Assembly (NCBI GenBank): GCA_963826115.1
Contig: CAWGVS010000005.1
Span: 832,001-896,000 of the forward strand
Direction: 5' to 3'
DNA length: 64,000 nucleotides
Origin: an uncultured Candidatus Rokubacteria bacterium
GTDB lineage: Bacteria; Methylomirabilota; Methylomirabilia; Rokubacteriales; DASRDR01
The notes under the pieces were generated by a model. The model was not told the origin of the DNA. It worked only from the letters and a program-made list of their open reading frames with translations, and did no database searches. The position numbers and the translations under genes are program-made. Positions 30,195-39,200 of this stretch are shown piece by piece (within the stretch, counting starts at the first letter, position 1; every line of letters begins with the position of its first letter).

Positions 30195-31334
30195 GTGAGG
30201 ACGTCCGCCGTCCGCGCGCTCCTGCTGGGGCTCCTGCCGGTCGCGCTGGCCGCCGGCCTCTGGCAGGCGGAGCGAGACCGCCCGCTCTGGCTCACCCTCG
30301 CCTCGGCGCCGGGGCCGGTCGCCGTCTCGGGATCGCTGGCCGCCTCGCCCCGTCTCGTCCTCGCGGTCCACTATCCGTGGTACGGGACGCCGGGCGGGCC
30401 GACGGGCCGCTGGCGGCACTGGAACCACGCGCGCCTCGAGATGCCCTCCCAGCGCGTGCTGGGCTTCCATGACCCGCGGCGCCTGGCGGGCCCGGGGCGG
30501 CTCGACATCGGCGCGACCCACTACCCCGAGGGCGGGCCCTACGACAGCCGGGACGACGCGCTGATCCGCGCGCAGTTCGCCTTGGCTCGCGCGGCGGGGC
30601 TGGACGGCTTCGTCGTCTCCTGGTGGGGCCGCGAGAGCGAGGAGGCGCTCGGCCTCGCCGCGCTGTTCCGCCACGCAGGCGCGGCGGGCCTGGTCCTCGC
30701 GCCGTACTACGAGACCGGCGAGCTCTGGCCGCGCGGCGCGTCCGGCGTGGCCGCGGACCTCGTGAGCCTGCTCGACCGCCATGGCCATGAGCGCGCGTGG
30801 CTCCGCGTCGGCGGCGACCCGGTGGTGTTCCTCTACGCGTCCCACCGGCTGAGACCACGGGTGTGGGACGCCGTGCGCGCGCGCCTCGTCGCGAGTGGGC
30901 GGCGCGTGTTCCTCGTGGCCGACGCGCCGAGCCCGGACTGGCTCGTGGAGCGCCCGGACTGGCTTCGGCGGTTCGACGCGCTCCACGTCTACACGCCGGT
31001 CGTGTTCCAGGCTCGCGGCCGGGACGTCGGCGGCGTGTACCGTCGCTACGCGGACCTCGCGCACGCGGCGGGCCGGCCCTTCGTCCCGGCGGTCGCCCCG
31101 GGCTTCGACGATCGGCAGGTGCGGACGCCCGGCACCCTCGTCGACCGGGCGGACGGCGCGACCTACGACCGGAGCTGGCAGGCCGCCCGGGCCGTGGACC
31201 CGCCATGGATCCTCGTCTCGAGCTGGAACGAGTGGCACGAAGGGAGCGAGATCGAGCCGAGCGTGGAGCACGGCCGGCGGTATCTCGACGCGACGCGCGC
31301 CTGGGCCGACCGGTTCCGCGCCGGGGCGCCCTGA
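30195..31334 (+). CDS. Glycoside hydrolase family 99-like exported protein
   Basis: HYPWYG, GPYDS, AGLDGFVVSWW, PGFDD and SWNEWHEGSEIEP motifs; N-terminal hydrophobic segment. Confidence 0.82.
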   Translation: MRTSAVRALLLGLLPVALAAGLWQAERDRPLWLTLASAPGPVAVSGSLAASPRLVLAVHYPWYGTPGGPTGRWRHWNHARLEMPSQRVLGFHDPRRLAGPGRLDIGATHYPEGGPYDSRDDALIRAQFALARAAGLDGFVVSWWGRESEEALGLAALFRHAGAAGLVLAPYYETGELWPRGASGVAADLVSLLDRHGHERAWLRVGGDPVVFLYASHRLRPRVWDAVRARLVASGRRVFLVADAPSPDWLVERPDWLRRFDALHVYTPVVFQARGRDVGGVYRRYADLAHAAGRPFVPAVAPGFDDRQVRTPGTLVDRADGATYDRSWQAARAVDPPWILVSSWNEWHEGSEIEPSVEHGRRYLDATRAWADRFRAGAP

Positions 31335-31353
31335 CGGAGCCGGCCGCCAGGCC

Positions 31354-32898
31354 TCAGGACCGGGAGCTCTGCCGGTAGAAGGGGTCGAGCGACTCGGGGT
31401 CGAGCCAGCCCGCGTAGAAGTCCCGGACGTGCGGGAAGAGCGCCCGCGAGAGGCGTCGCCGGTGCTCCTCCTCCGCCGTGAGCGGCTGCCGGAGCGTGGC
31501 CGCGAGCTCCTCCAGCACGGCCGCCTTGTCGACGCGCGTGACGCGCCCCTCGCGGAGGACGACCTCGCCCGCAACCACCACGGTGTCGATGGCCGACGCG
31601 CGGGCGCGGAGGACGACGGCGTCGAGCACGGGCGTGTCCGCCTCGAGGTAGGGGTGCGCCACCTGGCGCCAGGGCAGGAGCACGAGGTCGGCCGAGCGCC
31701 CGACCTGGAGAGCGCCCACCTCGCCGGCGAACGGCGTCGTGGCGGCGCCGCCCTCGGTGGCCATGCGGAAGACCTGGGCCGGCGTGGGCACGCCGTCGTC
31801 CATCCCGGGCACGCGGTGGATCCGGAGGGCGAGCCGCATCTCCTGCAGCATGTCGCGGTCGTCGTTGATGCCCGCCTCGTCGAGCCCGATGGCGACCGGC
31901 ACGCCGGCGGCGAGGAAGCGGTTGACGGGCGCGACGCCGCTCCGGAGCCGGAGGTTCGAGCTCGGATTCGTGCAGATCATGACGCCCCGCTCGGCGGCGC
32001 GCTCGATGTCGGCGGCGTTGAGCCACACGCCGTGGCCGAGCGTGAGGCGCGGGCCGAGAAGGCCGAGGCGGTCGAGGTGCGCGAGCGCCGTCCCGCCCGT
32101 CCGTCGGCGGGCGTACTCGCGCTGGTAGGCCGTCTCGACGAGATGCATGTGCATCCCGACGCCGTGCCGCGCCGAGGCCGCTTCGAGCGCGGCGAGCGCG
32201 TCGTCGGAGCACCAGTGGAGGTTCGCCGGCGCGAGCTGGATCCGCGTCCGGCCGGCGTGGTTTTGGCCGTGGGCGTTCCAGAGACCGCGAAACAGGTCGA
32301 GCTGGTCGGCGACGGGGATGGCGTGGCCGGTCAGGAACGCGTCGACGTCCGGGGCGAGGTCGGGCGGCAGCCGCTTCACGAAGGCCGAGTCCGCCTCGTA
32401 GGCGAGGCGGTTCTGGTCGCGCAGCATGTAGGAGTAGGACACGCGCATGCCCACGTCCCGGTAGGCTTGCAGGATCCGGTCGGCGACCTGCCGGACGCGT
32501 GAGGCGGGCGCGCCGCGCCAGCCGTGGATGTGCTGCACCGTGGTGATCCCCGACTCGAGCATCTCGAAGGCCGAGTAGAGCGTGTCGAGGTACGGGTCGA
32601 CCGCCCGCGCGCCGAGCCGGCTCGCGAACCAGAGCTCGAGCGGGTAGTCGGGCGACCCGAGCTGGAAGGGCGTCACCCCCACGTGGTGGTGGGCGTTCAC
32701 GAAGCCCGGCAGCACGACGTGGTCGGGCGAGCCCAGGACCTCGTCGGCCGGGTGCCGCCGCCGAAGCGCCTCCCAGGGGCCGATGTCTCGGATGACGCCG
32801 TCCTGCTGGAAGACCGCGGCGTCCTCCAGCACCTCCGCATGCTCGCGGTCCACGGCGCGGGCGACGACGTAGCGCCCGCGGACGAGGGACGAGGCCAC
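31354..32898 (-). CDS. Amidohydrolase family metallo-deaminase (AtzA/MtaD-like)
   Basis: PGFVNAHHH, HMHLVE, GHGVW, NPSSN and GLDE motifs. Confidence 0.88.
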   Translation of the reverse strand: MASSLVRGRYVVARAVDREHAEVLEDAAVFQQDGVIRDIGPWEALRRRHPADEVLGSPDHVVLPGFVNAHHHVGVTPFQLGSPDYPLELWFASRLGARAVDPYLDTLYSAFEMLESGITTVQHIHGWRGAPASRVRQVADRILQAYRDVGMRVSYSYMLRDQNRLAYEADSAFVKRLPPDLAPDVDAFLTGHAIPVADQLDLFRGLWNAHGQNHAGRTRIQLAPANLHWCSDDALAALEAASARHGVGMHMHLVETAYQREYARRRTGGTALAHLDRLGLLGPRLTLGHGVWLNAADIERAAERGVMICTNPSSNLRLRSGVAPVNRFLAAGVPVAIGLDEAGINDDRDMLQEMRLALRIHRVPGMDDGVPTPAQVFRMATEGGAATTPFAGEVGALQVGRSADLVLLPWRQVAHPYLEADTPVLDAVVLRARASAIDTVVVAGEVVLREGRVTRVDKAAVLEELAATLRQPLTAEEEHRRRLSRALFPHVRDFYAGWLDPESLDPFYRQSSRS

Positions 32899-32905
32899 CG
32901 GCGGG

Positions 32906-33664
32906 CTACCGCGCCGTCACGCCGCCGTCGGCGACGACGATCGAGCCGGTCATGAACGAGGCCTCGTCGGAGACGAGGAAGTGGATCAGGTTGGCGATCT
33001 CCTCGGGCCGGCCGAGCCGCCCCAGGAGGGTCGAGCTCACCTCGGCGCGGAGCTTCGCGTCGGGGTCGGCCGCGCGCGCGACCGACCCGCGGAGGAGCGG
33101 CGTGTCGACCGGCCCCGGGCAGACGCAGTTCACCCGGATGCCGTGCGCGGCGTGGTCGACGGCGAGCGCGCGGGTGAGCTGGATCACCGCGCCCTTGGTG
33201 GCGCCGTACATGGCGTTCCGCGGCGCGCCTACTAGGCCGAGCTCCGACGCGATGTTGACGATGGTGCCCCTGCCCGCGCGGCGCATGGCCGGGATCACCG
33301 CCCGGCAGCAGAGGAACGTGCCGGTCAGGTTGGCTCCGCAGAGGGCGTTCCACTCGTCCATGGTGGCCTCGTCGATCGTGACCGGGCGCGGGGAGCCGAT
33401 GCCCGCCGCGTTCACGAGCACGTCGACGCGCCCCGCGCGCGACAGGACGCCGTCGAGCATCGCCCCCACCTGCCCCTCGTCGGCCACGTCCGTGCGGACT
33501 CCCCACGCGTCGCCGCCCGCGGCGGCGATGGCCCGGGCGGCCGGGTCGGGATCGGCCCGGTCGACCACGGCCACGCACCAGCCCTCGCGCGCGAGCCGCT
33601 GGGCGGTCGCGAGCCCGATGCCCGACGCTCCGCCGGTGACGATGGCTACGTCGCCCCGCTTCAT
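32906..33664 (-). CDS. SDR family oxidoreductase
   Basis: TGGASGIG, VNAAG, YGATK and VNCVCPG motifs. Confidence 0.95.
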   Translation of the reverse strand: MKRGDVAIVTGGASGIGLATAQRLAREGWCVAVVDRADPDPAARAIAAAGGDAWGVRTDVADEGQVGAMLDGVLSRAGRVDVLVNAAGIGSPRPVTIDEATMDEWNALCGANLTGTFLCCRAVIPAMRRAGRGTIVNIASELGLVGAPRNAMYGATKGAVIQLTRALAVDHAAHGIRVNCVCPGPVDTPLLRGSVARAADPDAKLRAEVSSTLLGRLGRPEEIANLIHFLVSDEASFMTGSIVVADGGVTAR

Positions 33665-33738
33665 CCTGGAGCCTCCCGTTCGAGGGGTTTCCCGCCGCCC
33701 CTATCAGCGGGCAGGCGGGGCCGGCGCGTCAAGGCCGG

Positions 33739-34377
33739 TCAGCGAGACGCCCACACGGGCTCCTCCAGATGGCGAACGCGCGTGGCGCGGCCGTGGAGGA
33801 CCACCTCGCGCAGCTGGTAGAGGATGGCCGCCGTGGGCGCGTGGATCAACGTGCCGAGGAGCGGCAGCTGGATGATCGGGCGCTCCCGCTCCGGCACGGT
33901 CACGTAGCGCGGTACGCCGGGCGCGTCGAGGTCGCGGAGCGGGACCCGGTGGATCGACGCCACCTCCGCGGGATTGGCGTGGAGCTCGGCGACCGGCCCC
34001 GCCCACACGACCACCGGCGTGACGACGAAGCCCGAGCGCGTGGCGTAGTCGTCGAGGCAGCCCAGCACCGCGTCGTCGCCGAGCGTGAGGCCGACCTCCT
34101 CGAAGAGCTCGCGGAGGGCGGCGCCCGGGGCGCTCTCGCCGTGGTCGATCCGGCCGCCCGGCAGGGCCCACTGCCCCGCGTGCGCGCGGAGGCTGGGCGC
34201 GCGGCGCGTGAGGAGGAAGGCCGCGTCGCCCCGGTCGTCCGGGAGCAGGACCGCGGCGACCGCCGCGTGCCGGCGATCGCCCGGCGGGATCGCCTCGCGC
34301 GGGAACGCGGCGAGCCGCGTGTGGGCCTCCCGCCGGAGCGCCTCCCCGTAGCGACGCTCCGCGGGCTCGATGCTCAC
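33739..34377 (-). CDS. Nudix CoA pyrophosphatase (NudL/PCD1-like)
   Basis: LTRRAPSLRAHAGQWALPGG, AALRELFEEVG and NPAEV motifs. GTGA overlap with the upstream gene. Confidence 0.88.
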   Translation of the reverse strand: MSIEPAERRYGEALRREAHTRLAAFPREAIPPGDRRHAAVAAVLLPDDRGDAAFLLTRRAPSLRAHAGQWALPGGRIDHGESAPGAALRELFEEVGLTLGDDAVLGCLDDYATRSGFVVTPVVVWAGPVAELHANPAEVASIHRVPLRDLDAPGVPRYVTVPERERPIIQLPLLGTLIHAPTAAILYQLREVVLHGRATRVRHLEEPVWASR

Positions 34378-35312
34378 GGGATCCCGGCCAGGAACTCGGT
34401 GATCGCGGCGGCGACGACGAGGGGCCGCTCGCGGTGGGCGAAGTGCCCCGCGCCGGCGATCACCCGGCGGGCACAGCCGCGGGGGAACCGATGCTCCTCG
34501 CTGGCCGACGTGTGGACCGGATCGACCGTGTCGTCCTCCCCGTGGAGGACGAGGGTCGGGACCTCGATGCGGGGCTGCGCGGCCAGGCGCGCCTCGTCGG
34601 CGTCCAGCCGGGGCTCGCCCGGCGCGTTGCCGTGCCGGTGGCGGTACGAGTGGATCACGACGTCGACGAAGTCGGGGTTGTCGAAGGACGCCGCCGTGCG
34701 CTCGAAGGTGGCGTCGTCGAAGGCCCACCCCGGCGACCACGTGCGCCAGAGATGGCGGCACAGCGCCCGCCGGTTCGTCGCCATCCCGGTCCGGCCCCGC
34801 TCGGTGTTGAAGTACCACTGGTACCAGAGCCGCGCTTCGTTGGCCGCATCGCCGGGCCGGGCCGCGCCCGCGATGTCCTGGATCTGGTAGCCCGCGAAGG
34901 TGACCAGGGCCCGCACACGCGCCGGATGGAGCGCCGCCGCGATGCAGGCCGCCCGCGCGCCCCAGTCCTGGCCGATGAGGACCGCCCGGTCGAGCGCGAG
35001 CGCATCCATGAGGTCGACGACGTCCCGTCCGATCGCGGCTTGCTGCGCCATGCGTGGCGCCGCCGGGTCGAGGAACCGCGTCGGTCCGAAGCCTCGGAGA
35101 TATGGCACGACGGTGCGATAGCCGCCGCCGACCAACGACGGGACCACGCCGTCCCACGCCCGCGCGTCGTCGGGGAAGCCGTGGAGCAGGATCGCCACCG
35201 GCCGCTCGGTCGGGCCGTGGAGCTCGTAGCCGATGTCCAGGAGATCCGTCCGCGCGCGGCACACCGCAGGATGCTCCACCCGGCCTCCCGTCGATCCGTC
35301 GGCCGGGCTCAC
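34374..35312 (-). CDS. Alpha/beta hydrolase (epoxide hydrolase-like)
   Basis: LLHGFPD, PYLRGFG, GQDWG (Asp nucleophile) and AGHF motifs. Confidence 0.9.
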   Translation of the reverse strand: MSPADGSTGGRVEHPAVCRARTDLLDIGYELHGPTERPVAILLHGFPDDARAWDGVVPSLVGGGYRTVVPYLRGFGPTRFLDPAAPRMAQQAAIGRDVVDLMDALALDRAVLIGQDWGARAACIAAALHPARVRALVTFAGYQIQDIAGAARPGDAANEARLWYQWYFNTERGRTGMATNRRALCRHLWRTWSPGWAFDDATFERTAASFDNPDFVDVVIHSYRHRHGNAPGEPRLDADEARLAAQPRIEVPTLVLHGEDDTVDPVHTSASEEHRFPRGCARRVIAGAGHFAHRERPLVVAAAITEFLAGIP

Positions 35313-36076
35313 GGACGATCCGCGAGGACCGCCCACGCCGTCGCGATCCCGCGGAGACCCGGGACGTGGGACGCCGCCGCGTCGAGCCGGTGGTAGAGCG
35401 CTCCGGTCCAGGGCGCGAGGGGCACCCGGCCGGAGAGCCGGCCCCAGACGTTCCGGGGCAGCACGTGGAAGGCCCGGCAGCTCGCGACGCGGAAACCCGC
35501 ATCCTCGAAGAGGCGCGTCGCCTCGCGGCGGGTGTACGTCCGCTCGTGGTGGAACCGGCCGAGCGTGCGGCCGAGCCACTCCGTGTACGCGTGGCGATTC
35601 GGAAGGTGGTACGTGAAGAGTCGGCCGCCGGGCCGGAGGACCCGCGCGAGCTCGTCGAGCGCGCCACGCTCGTCGTCCACGTGCTCCAGAACGCCGCAGT
35701 TGAGGACCGCGTCGAAGGATCGGTCGGCGAACGGGAGCCCCGGACCGGCCGTCACGACGTAGGGCACCTCGGCCTTCCGGAGCAGGCCCGCCGCCGCGCC
35801 CTTGTCCTCCACGTCGTAGGCCACGACCCGCGCACCGTGGGCACGGAGGAGCAGGCTCGTCTGCCCCCACCCCGCGCCCCAGTCGAGGACGCGCCCCCCC
35901 CCGACCCACGCCGCGATCTCGGCGGCGATCGCGAGGTACTGGGCGACCCCGATCGGGCTCGCGATGTTCGAGCACTCGGGGCGCGTGGAAAGTCCTCGCT
36001 GTCCGAAGTCGAGGATCCGCGCCGCGGCGGCGTCGACCGCCCGAGGCCCCCGCGTCGCGTCGCGCGCCGGGCTCAT
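35309..36076 (-). CDS. Class I SAM-dependent methyltransferase
   Basis: VLDWGAGWG, LPFADRSFD, VLEHV and RVLRPGG motifs. Confidence 0.9.
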   Translation of the reverse strand: MSPARDATRGPRAVDAAAARILDFGQRGLSTRPECSNIASPIGVAQYLAIAAEIAAWVGGGRVLDWGAGWGQTSLLLRAHGARVVAYDVEDKGAAAGLLRKAEVPYVVTAGPGLPFADRSFDAVLNCGVLEHVDDERGALDELARVLRPGGRLFTYHLPNRHAYTEWLGRTLGRFHHERTYTRREATRLFEDAGFRVASCRAFHVLPRNVWGRLSGRVPLAPWTGALYHRLDAAASHVPGLRGIATAWAVLADRP

Positions 36077-36954
36077 TGCGAGGCGCGCGCCCGCCGCCGG
36101 AGCGACCGGAGGACCGCGAGGTTCCGGGCGTCCCCGTCGTCGCGCTTCGGGGTCTCCAGGATCATGGGCCGGGCGCCGAGGCGCGGGTGGTTCAGGAGGT
36201 ACCGGAACGCCGCGAGGCCGATCTGTCCCGCCCCGATGTTCTCGTGACGGTCGAGCCCCGATGCGAGCCCCGCCCGGCAGTCGTTCAGGTGGAACCCCAC
36301 GATCCGCTCGAGTCCCACCGAGCGATCGAGCTCGTCGAGCACGGCGCCGAAGCGTCGGGGCGTCCGGATGTCGTAGCCGGCCGCGAAGAGGTGGCATGTG
36401 TCGAGACACACCGCCAGACGCTCGGGTCGGCGGACTCGGCCCAGGATCTCGCCGAGTTCTTCCGCGCGGGCCCCCAGCGTGTGACCCGCCCCCGCGGTGT
36501 TCTCGATTGCCACGCGCACCGCCCAGCCGTCGGTGCGCCGGGCGATCTCGTCGAGCGCGCCGACGAGGCGCGCGACCCCCACGGCGGCGCCCGCCCCCCG
36601 GTGGGAGCCCGGATGGAGGACGACGAACGGGAGCCCGAGCCGTTCGGCGCGCTCGAGGTCGTCGAGGAGCCCCGCCACCGCGCGCGCTCGCTCATCCGGG
36701 CCCGGCGCCGCGAGGTTGATCAGGTAGTTCGCGTGCGCGCATGCGAAGCGGAGCCCGGACGCGGCGAATTCGCGCCGGAACTCGCGGACCTGGTCCTCCT
36801 CGAGCCGGGGGCCGGTCCACCGGAGCTGGTTCTTGACGAAGACCTGCACGACGCCGCAGCCGGCCGCCACGCCGCGCCGGACGGCGTTCGCGAGCCCGCC
36901 GGCCACCGACATGTGCGCGCCGAGGTTGTCGGGCGCGGCGCCGCCCGGCCTCAG
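36073..36954 (-). CDS. nfo: Endonuclease IV (AP endonuclease), probable CTG start
   Basis: LGAHMSVAGG, HANYLINL, LHPG, IENTAG, DTCH, HLND, DRH and LETP motifs, covering all trinuclear Zn ligands. Confidence 0.95.
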   Translation of the reverse strand: MRPGGAAPDNLGAHMSVAGGLANAVRRGVAAGCGVVQVFVKNQLRWTGPRLEEDQVREFRREFAASGLRFACAHANYLINLAAPGPDERARAVAGLLDDLERAERLGLPFVVLHPGSHRGAGAAVGVARLVGALDEIARRTDGWAVRVAIENTAGAGHTLGARAEELGEILGRVRRPERLAVCLDTCHLFAAGYDIRTPRRFGAVLDELDRSVGLERIVGFHLNDCRAGLASGLDRHENIGAGQIGLAAFRYLLNHPRLGARPMILETPKRDDGDARNLAVLRSLRRRARASQ

Positions 36955-37412
36955 CCGAGCTGCTTCACCTCCGCGAGGATCTTGGCCGGGTCGGGCAGGA
37001 CCCCGCGAGCGTAGCGCTCCGCGAAGCGGATGACGCCCTGCCCGTCGATCACGAACGTCGCGCGGTAGCACGCGTTCAGCTCCGGCCAGTGGATCCCGTA
37101 GCGCTTGACCACGTCGCGCTGGATGTCGGCCAAGAGCGGGTACGAGATCCCGCCGAGCGACTTGGCCCACGCCTCGTGGCTGTACATGGAGTCACAGGAG
37201 ATGCCCACGACCTGGGCATTGGCGGCCTCGAAGTCCCGGATCCGGGCCTCGAAGGCCGGCATCTCCTTCGTTCAGCCCGGAGTCCAGTCAAGAACGTAGA
37301 AGAGCAGGACGACCGATTTCCCTCGCTGCTCGGCGAGGCTCCACTCCCTGCCCCCGATACCCTGGAGCCGGATGTCCGGCGCCATCTCGCCCACTTTCGG
37401 CATCTCCGACAT
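36951..37412 (-). CDS. Peroxiredoxin (BCP/AhpE-like), probable selenoprotein (UGA codon 47)
   Basis: GGAGG-ATG MSEMPKVGEMAPDIRL...VVLLFYVLDWTPG[TGA]TKEMPAF...VVGISCDS...YPLLAD...RATFVID, continuous in frame across the TGA at 37272-37274. Confidence 0.88.
37239..37263 (-). promoter_or_regulatory. Candidate bacterial SECIS hairpin
   Basis: GAU-G-CCGGCCU-UCG-AGGCC-C-GG-AUC begins about 9 nt 3' of the in-frame UGA. Confidence 0.6.
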
Positions 37413-37445
37413 GGCGTCCTCCTTCTCCTCGCGGCCCCGGCGGGC

Positions 37446-38321
37446 TCACGGGCCTCCGGTGGCCTCGCGTGCGTCGGTCCGTCCCTGGCGGCGCCGGGCC
37501 CAGAGCGCGGCCCGCCTGGCCTCGAGGCACTCGTTGAGCCGGCCGATGTACTCGGCGGCCGTGACCACGCGACCGGTGGCGAACGCGGCGGCGAGGCGGT
37601 CACGGAATCGAGGCTCGCGGACGGCGTGGTGATCCACGATGACCTGGCAGCCCGTCTCGCCGACCAGGCGCAGCAGGTTGTCGATGCCCCGCTGGACGAC
37701 CTCCGGGCCCACCTGTCCCTGGAGGTACGTGGGGGGGCCCGAGAGGTAGACGAGGTCCGGGCGCTGCCTGAGAAGGTACGCCGTCGCCACCGGCGAGGCG
37801 GGGCCCTGGAGGTCGGACGCGTGGACGAACCGCATGCCGTCGTCTACGGTCACCGCGACGACGTGCCCGAACTCGGAGCCGTCCTGCCCATGCGGCAGGG
37901 GCGGCGAGAAGCGCACGGTGACCCCATCGAGCTCGACGGTCTGGCCCTCGGCGGTCGCGAGCCGGCAGTGTGGGCTGACCGCCCGCCAGAACTCGCGACC
38001 CTGCGCGGCCTGGTGCCGGTCCGTGGACCGCCGCGGGTCCTTGGCCCAGACCTGCCGCCCCGCGTAGATCATCGAGTCCATCCGGAAGTGATCGGCGTGG
38101 AAGTGGCTCACCGCCACGTGCGTGGCGCGCACCGCGTAGGCCTCGATCCGGAGGCGCGCGCGGGCCAGCGCCTCCTCCTCCTCGGGCGCCGGGGCCAGGC
38201 CGTAGCGGCGCGGCGCCACGGTGGCGCCGGGATCGATCAGGAGGCGGAGCGCGCCGGCTTCGACGTAGGTCGCCATCGACCGCACGCCCAGCGAGTCGGC
38301 CGCGAGCGGCATCACGCGCAT
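37446..38321 (-). CDS. MBL-fold metallo-hydrolase, UPF0282-like
   Basis: MRVMPLAADSLGVRSMATYVE, IDPG, SHFHADH, PHG, HASD.QG and DHH motifs. Confidence 0.82.
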   Translation of the reverse strand: MRVMPLAADSLGVRSMATYVEAGALRLLIDPGATVAPRRYGLAPAPEEEEALARARLRIEAYAVRATHVAVSHFHADHFRMDSMIYAGRQVWAKDPRRSTDRHQAAQGREFWRAVSPHCRLATAEGQTVELDGVTVRFSPPLPHGQDGSEFGHVVAVTVDDGMRFVHASDLQGPASPVATAYLLRQRPDLVYLSGPPTYLQGQVGPEVVQRGIDNLLRLVGETGCQVIVDHHAVREPRFRDRLAAAFATGRVVTAAEYIGRLNECLEARRAALWARRRQGRTDAREATGGP

Positions 38322-38352
38322 GGCGGCGCTCCGACCGGGACGTCGCGCGGCG

Positions 38353-38841
38353 TCACGCGCGGGCCCCGTCCGCCTGGCGCTTGAGGTCGGCCACCGCGCC
38401 GCCGGTCACCCGGCAGAGCTCGGCCGGCGTGATCGGGAACACCGCGTGGGGGGTCCCCGCGGCCGCGATCACGCGCTCGTACCCGAGGAGGTCGCGGTCG
38501 ATGAACACCCGCAGTGGCCGCGGGTGGCCCACCGGCGGGACGCCGCCGATCGCGTAACCGGTGGCGCCGCGCACGAGGTCGGCGTCGGCCCGGCGGACGG
38601 GCTGCCCGCTGAGCGCCGCCAGGCGATGCTCGTCCGCCTGGTTCGCGCCCGACACGAGCACGAGGATGGGTTCCTCCCCTGCCACGAACACGAGCGACTT
38701 GACGATCTGGCCCACCCCGACGCCGCAGGCCGCCGCGGCCTGGGCGGCTGTCCGCGCGCTCTCCGCCAGGACGATCACCTCGGCCTCGACGCCGAGGGCC
38801 TCGAGCGCGGCGTGGACCCGAGCGGCCGCGGGCGGCATCAT
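38353..38841 (-). CDS. YbaK/EbsC aminoacyl-tRNA deacylase family
   Basis: TAAQAA, QIVKSLVF, TGYAIGGVPPVG and AAAGTP motifs. Confidence 0.92.
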   Translation of the reverse strand: MMPPAAARVHAALEALGVEAEVIVLAESARTAAQAAAACGVGVGQIVKSLVFVAGEEPILVLVSGANQADEHRLAALSGQPVRRADADLVRGATGYAIGGVPPVGHPRPLRVFIDRDLLGYERVIAAAGTPHAVFPITPAELCRVTGGAVADLKRQADGARA

Positions 38842-39200
38842 CCGAGGAGCTCCGGCCGGAACCGGCGGACCGGGGTCGACCTCGACTTGGACGACGCCCG
38901 GGACCGCCAGCCGTAGCGTCCGAGGTCGATCCGCCCGCGGACGAAGCGCACGCCCTCGCCCTGGAGGAGGAGGCGCTGGCTCAAGGCGCCGCTGCCGTCA
39001 CCGCGCCGGCTGATCGTCCCCTGCCCGTTGACGACGCGGTGCCACGGCACGCCCGCGGGGCAGACGCGCATCGCGTGCCCCACGGCGCGCGCGGCGCGGG
39101 GCGATCCGAGGAGCGCCGCGACCTGGCCGTAGGTCACGACGCGCCCGCGCGGCACGCGGCGGACGAGCGCGTGGGCCCGCTTCTGGAGGTCACCACTCAT
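38838..39200 (-). CDS. Alkyltransferase-like (ATL/YbaZ) DNA damage-flipping protein
   Basis: VPRGRVVTYGQVA, ARAVG and PWHRVV (Trp replaces the catalytic Cys of Ogt). Confidence 0.9.
   Translation of the reverse strand: MSGDLQKRAHALVRRVPRGRVVTYGQVAALLGSPRAARAVGHAMRVCPAGVPWHRVVNGQGTISRRGDGSGALSQRLLLQGEGVRFVRGRIDLGRYGWRSRASSKSRSTPVRRFRPELLG

Noticed and set aside
36951-37412. Peroxiredoxin as a nonsense pseudogene
   Set aside because: The stop is UGA precisely at the catalytic Cys, with a downstream hairpin and intact flanks, so Sec recoding is more parsimonious.
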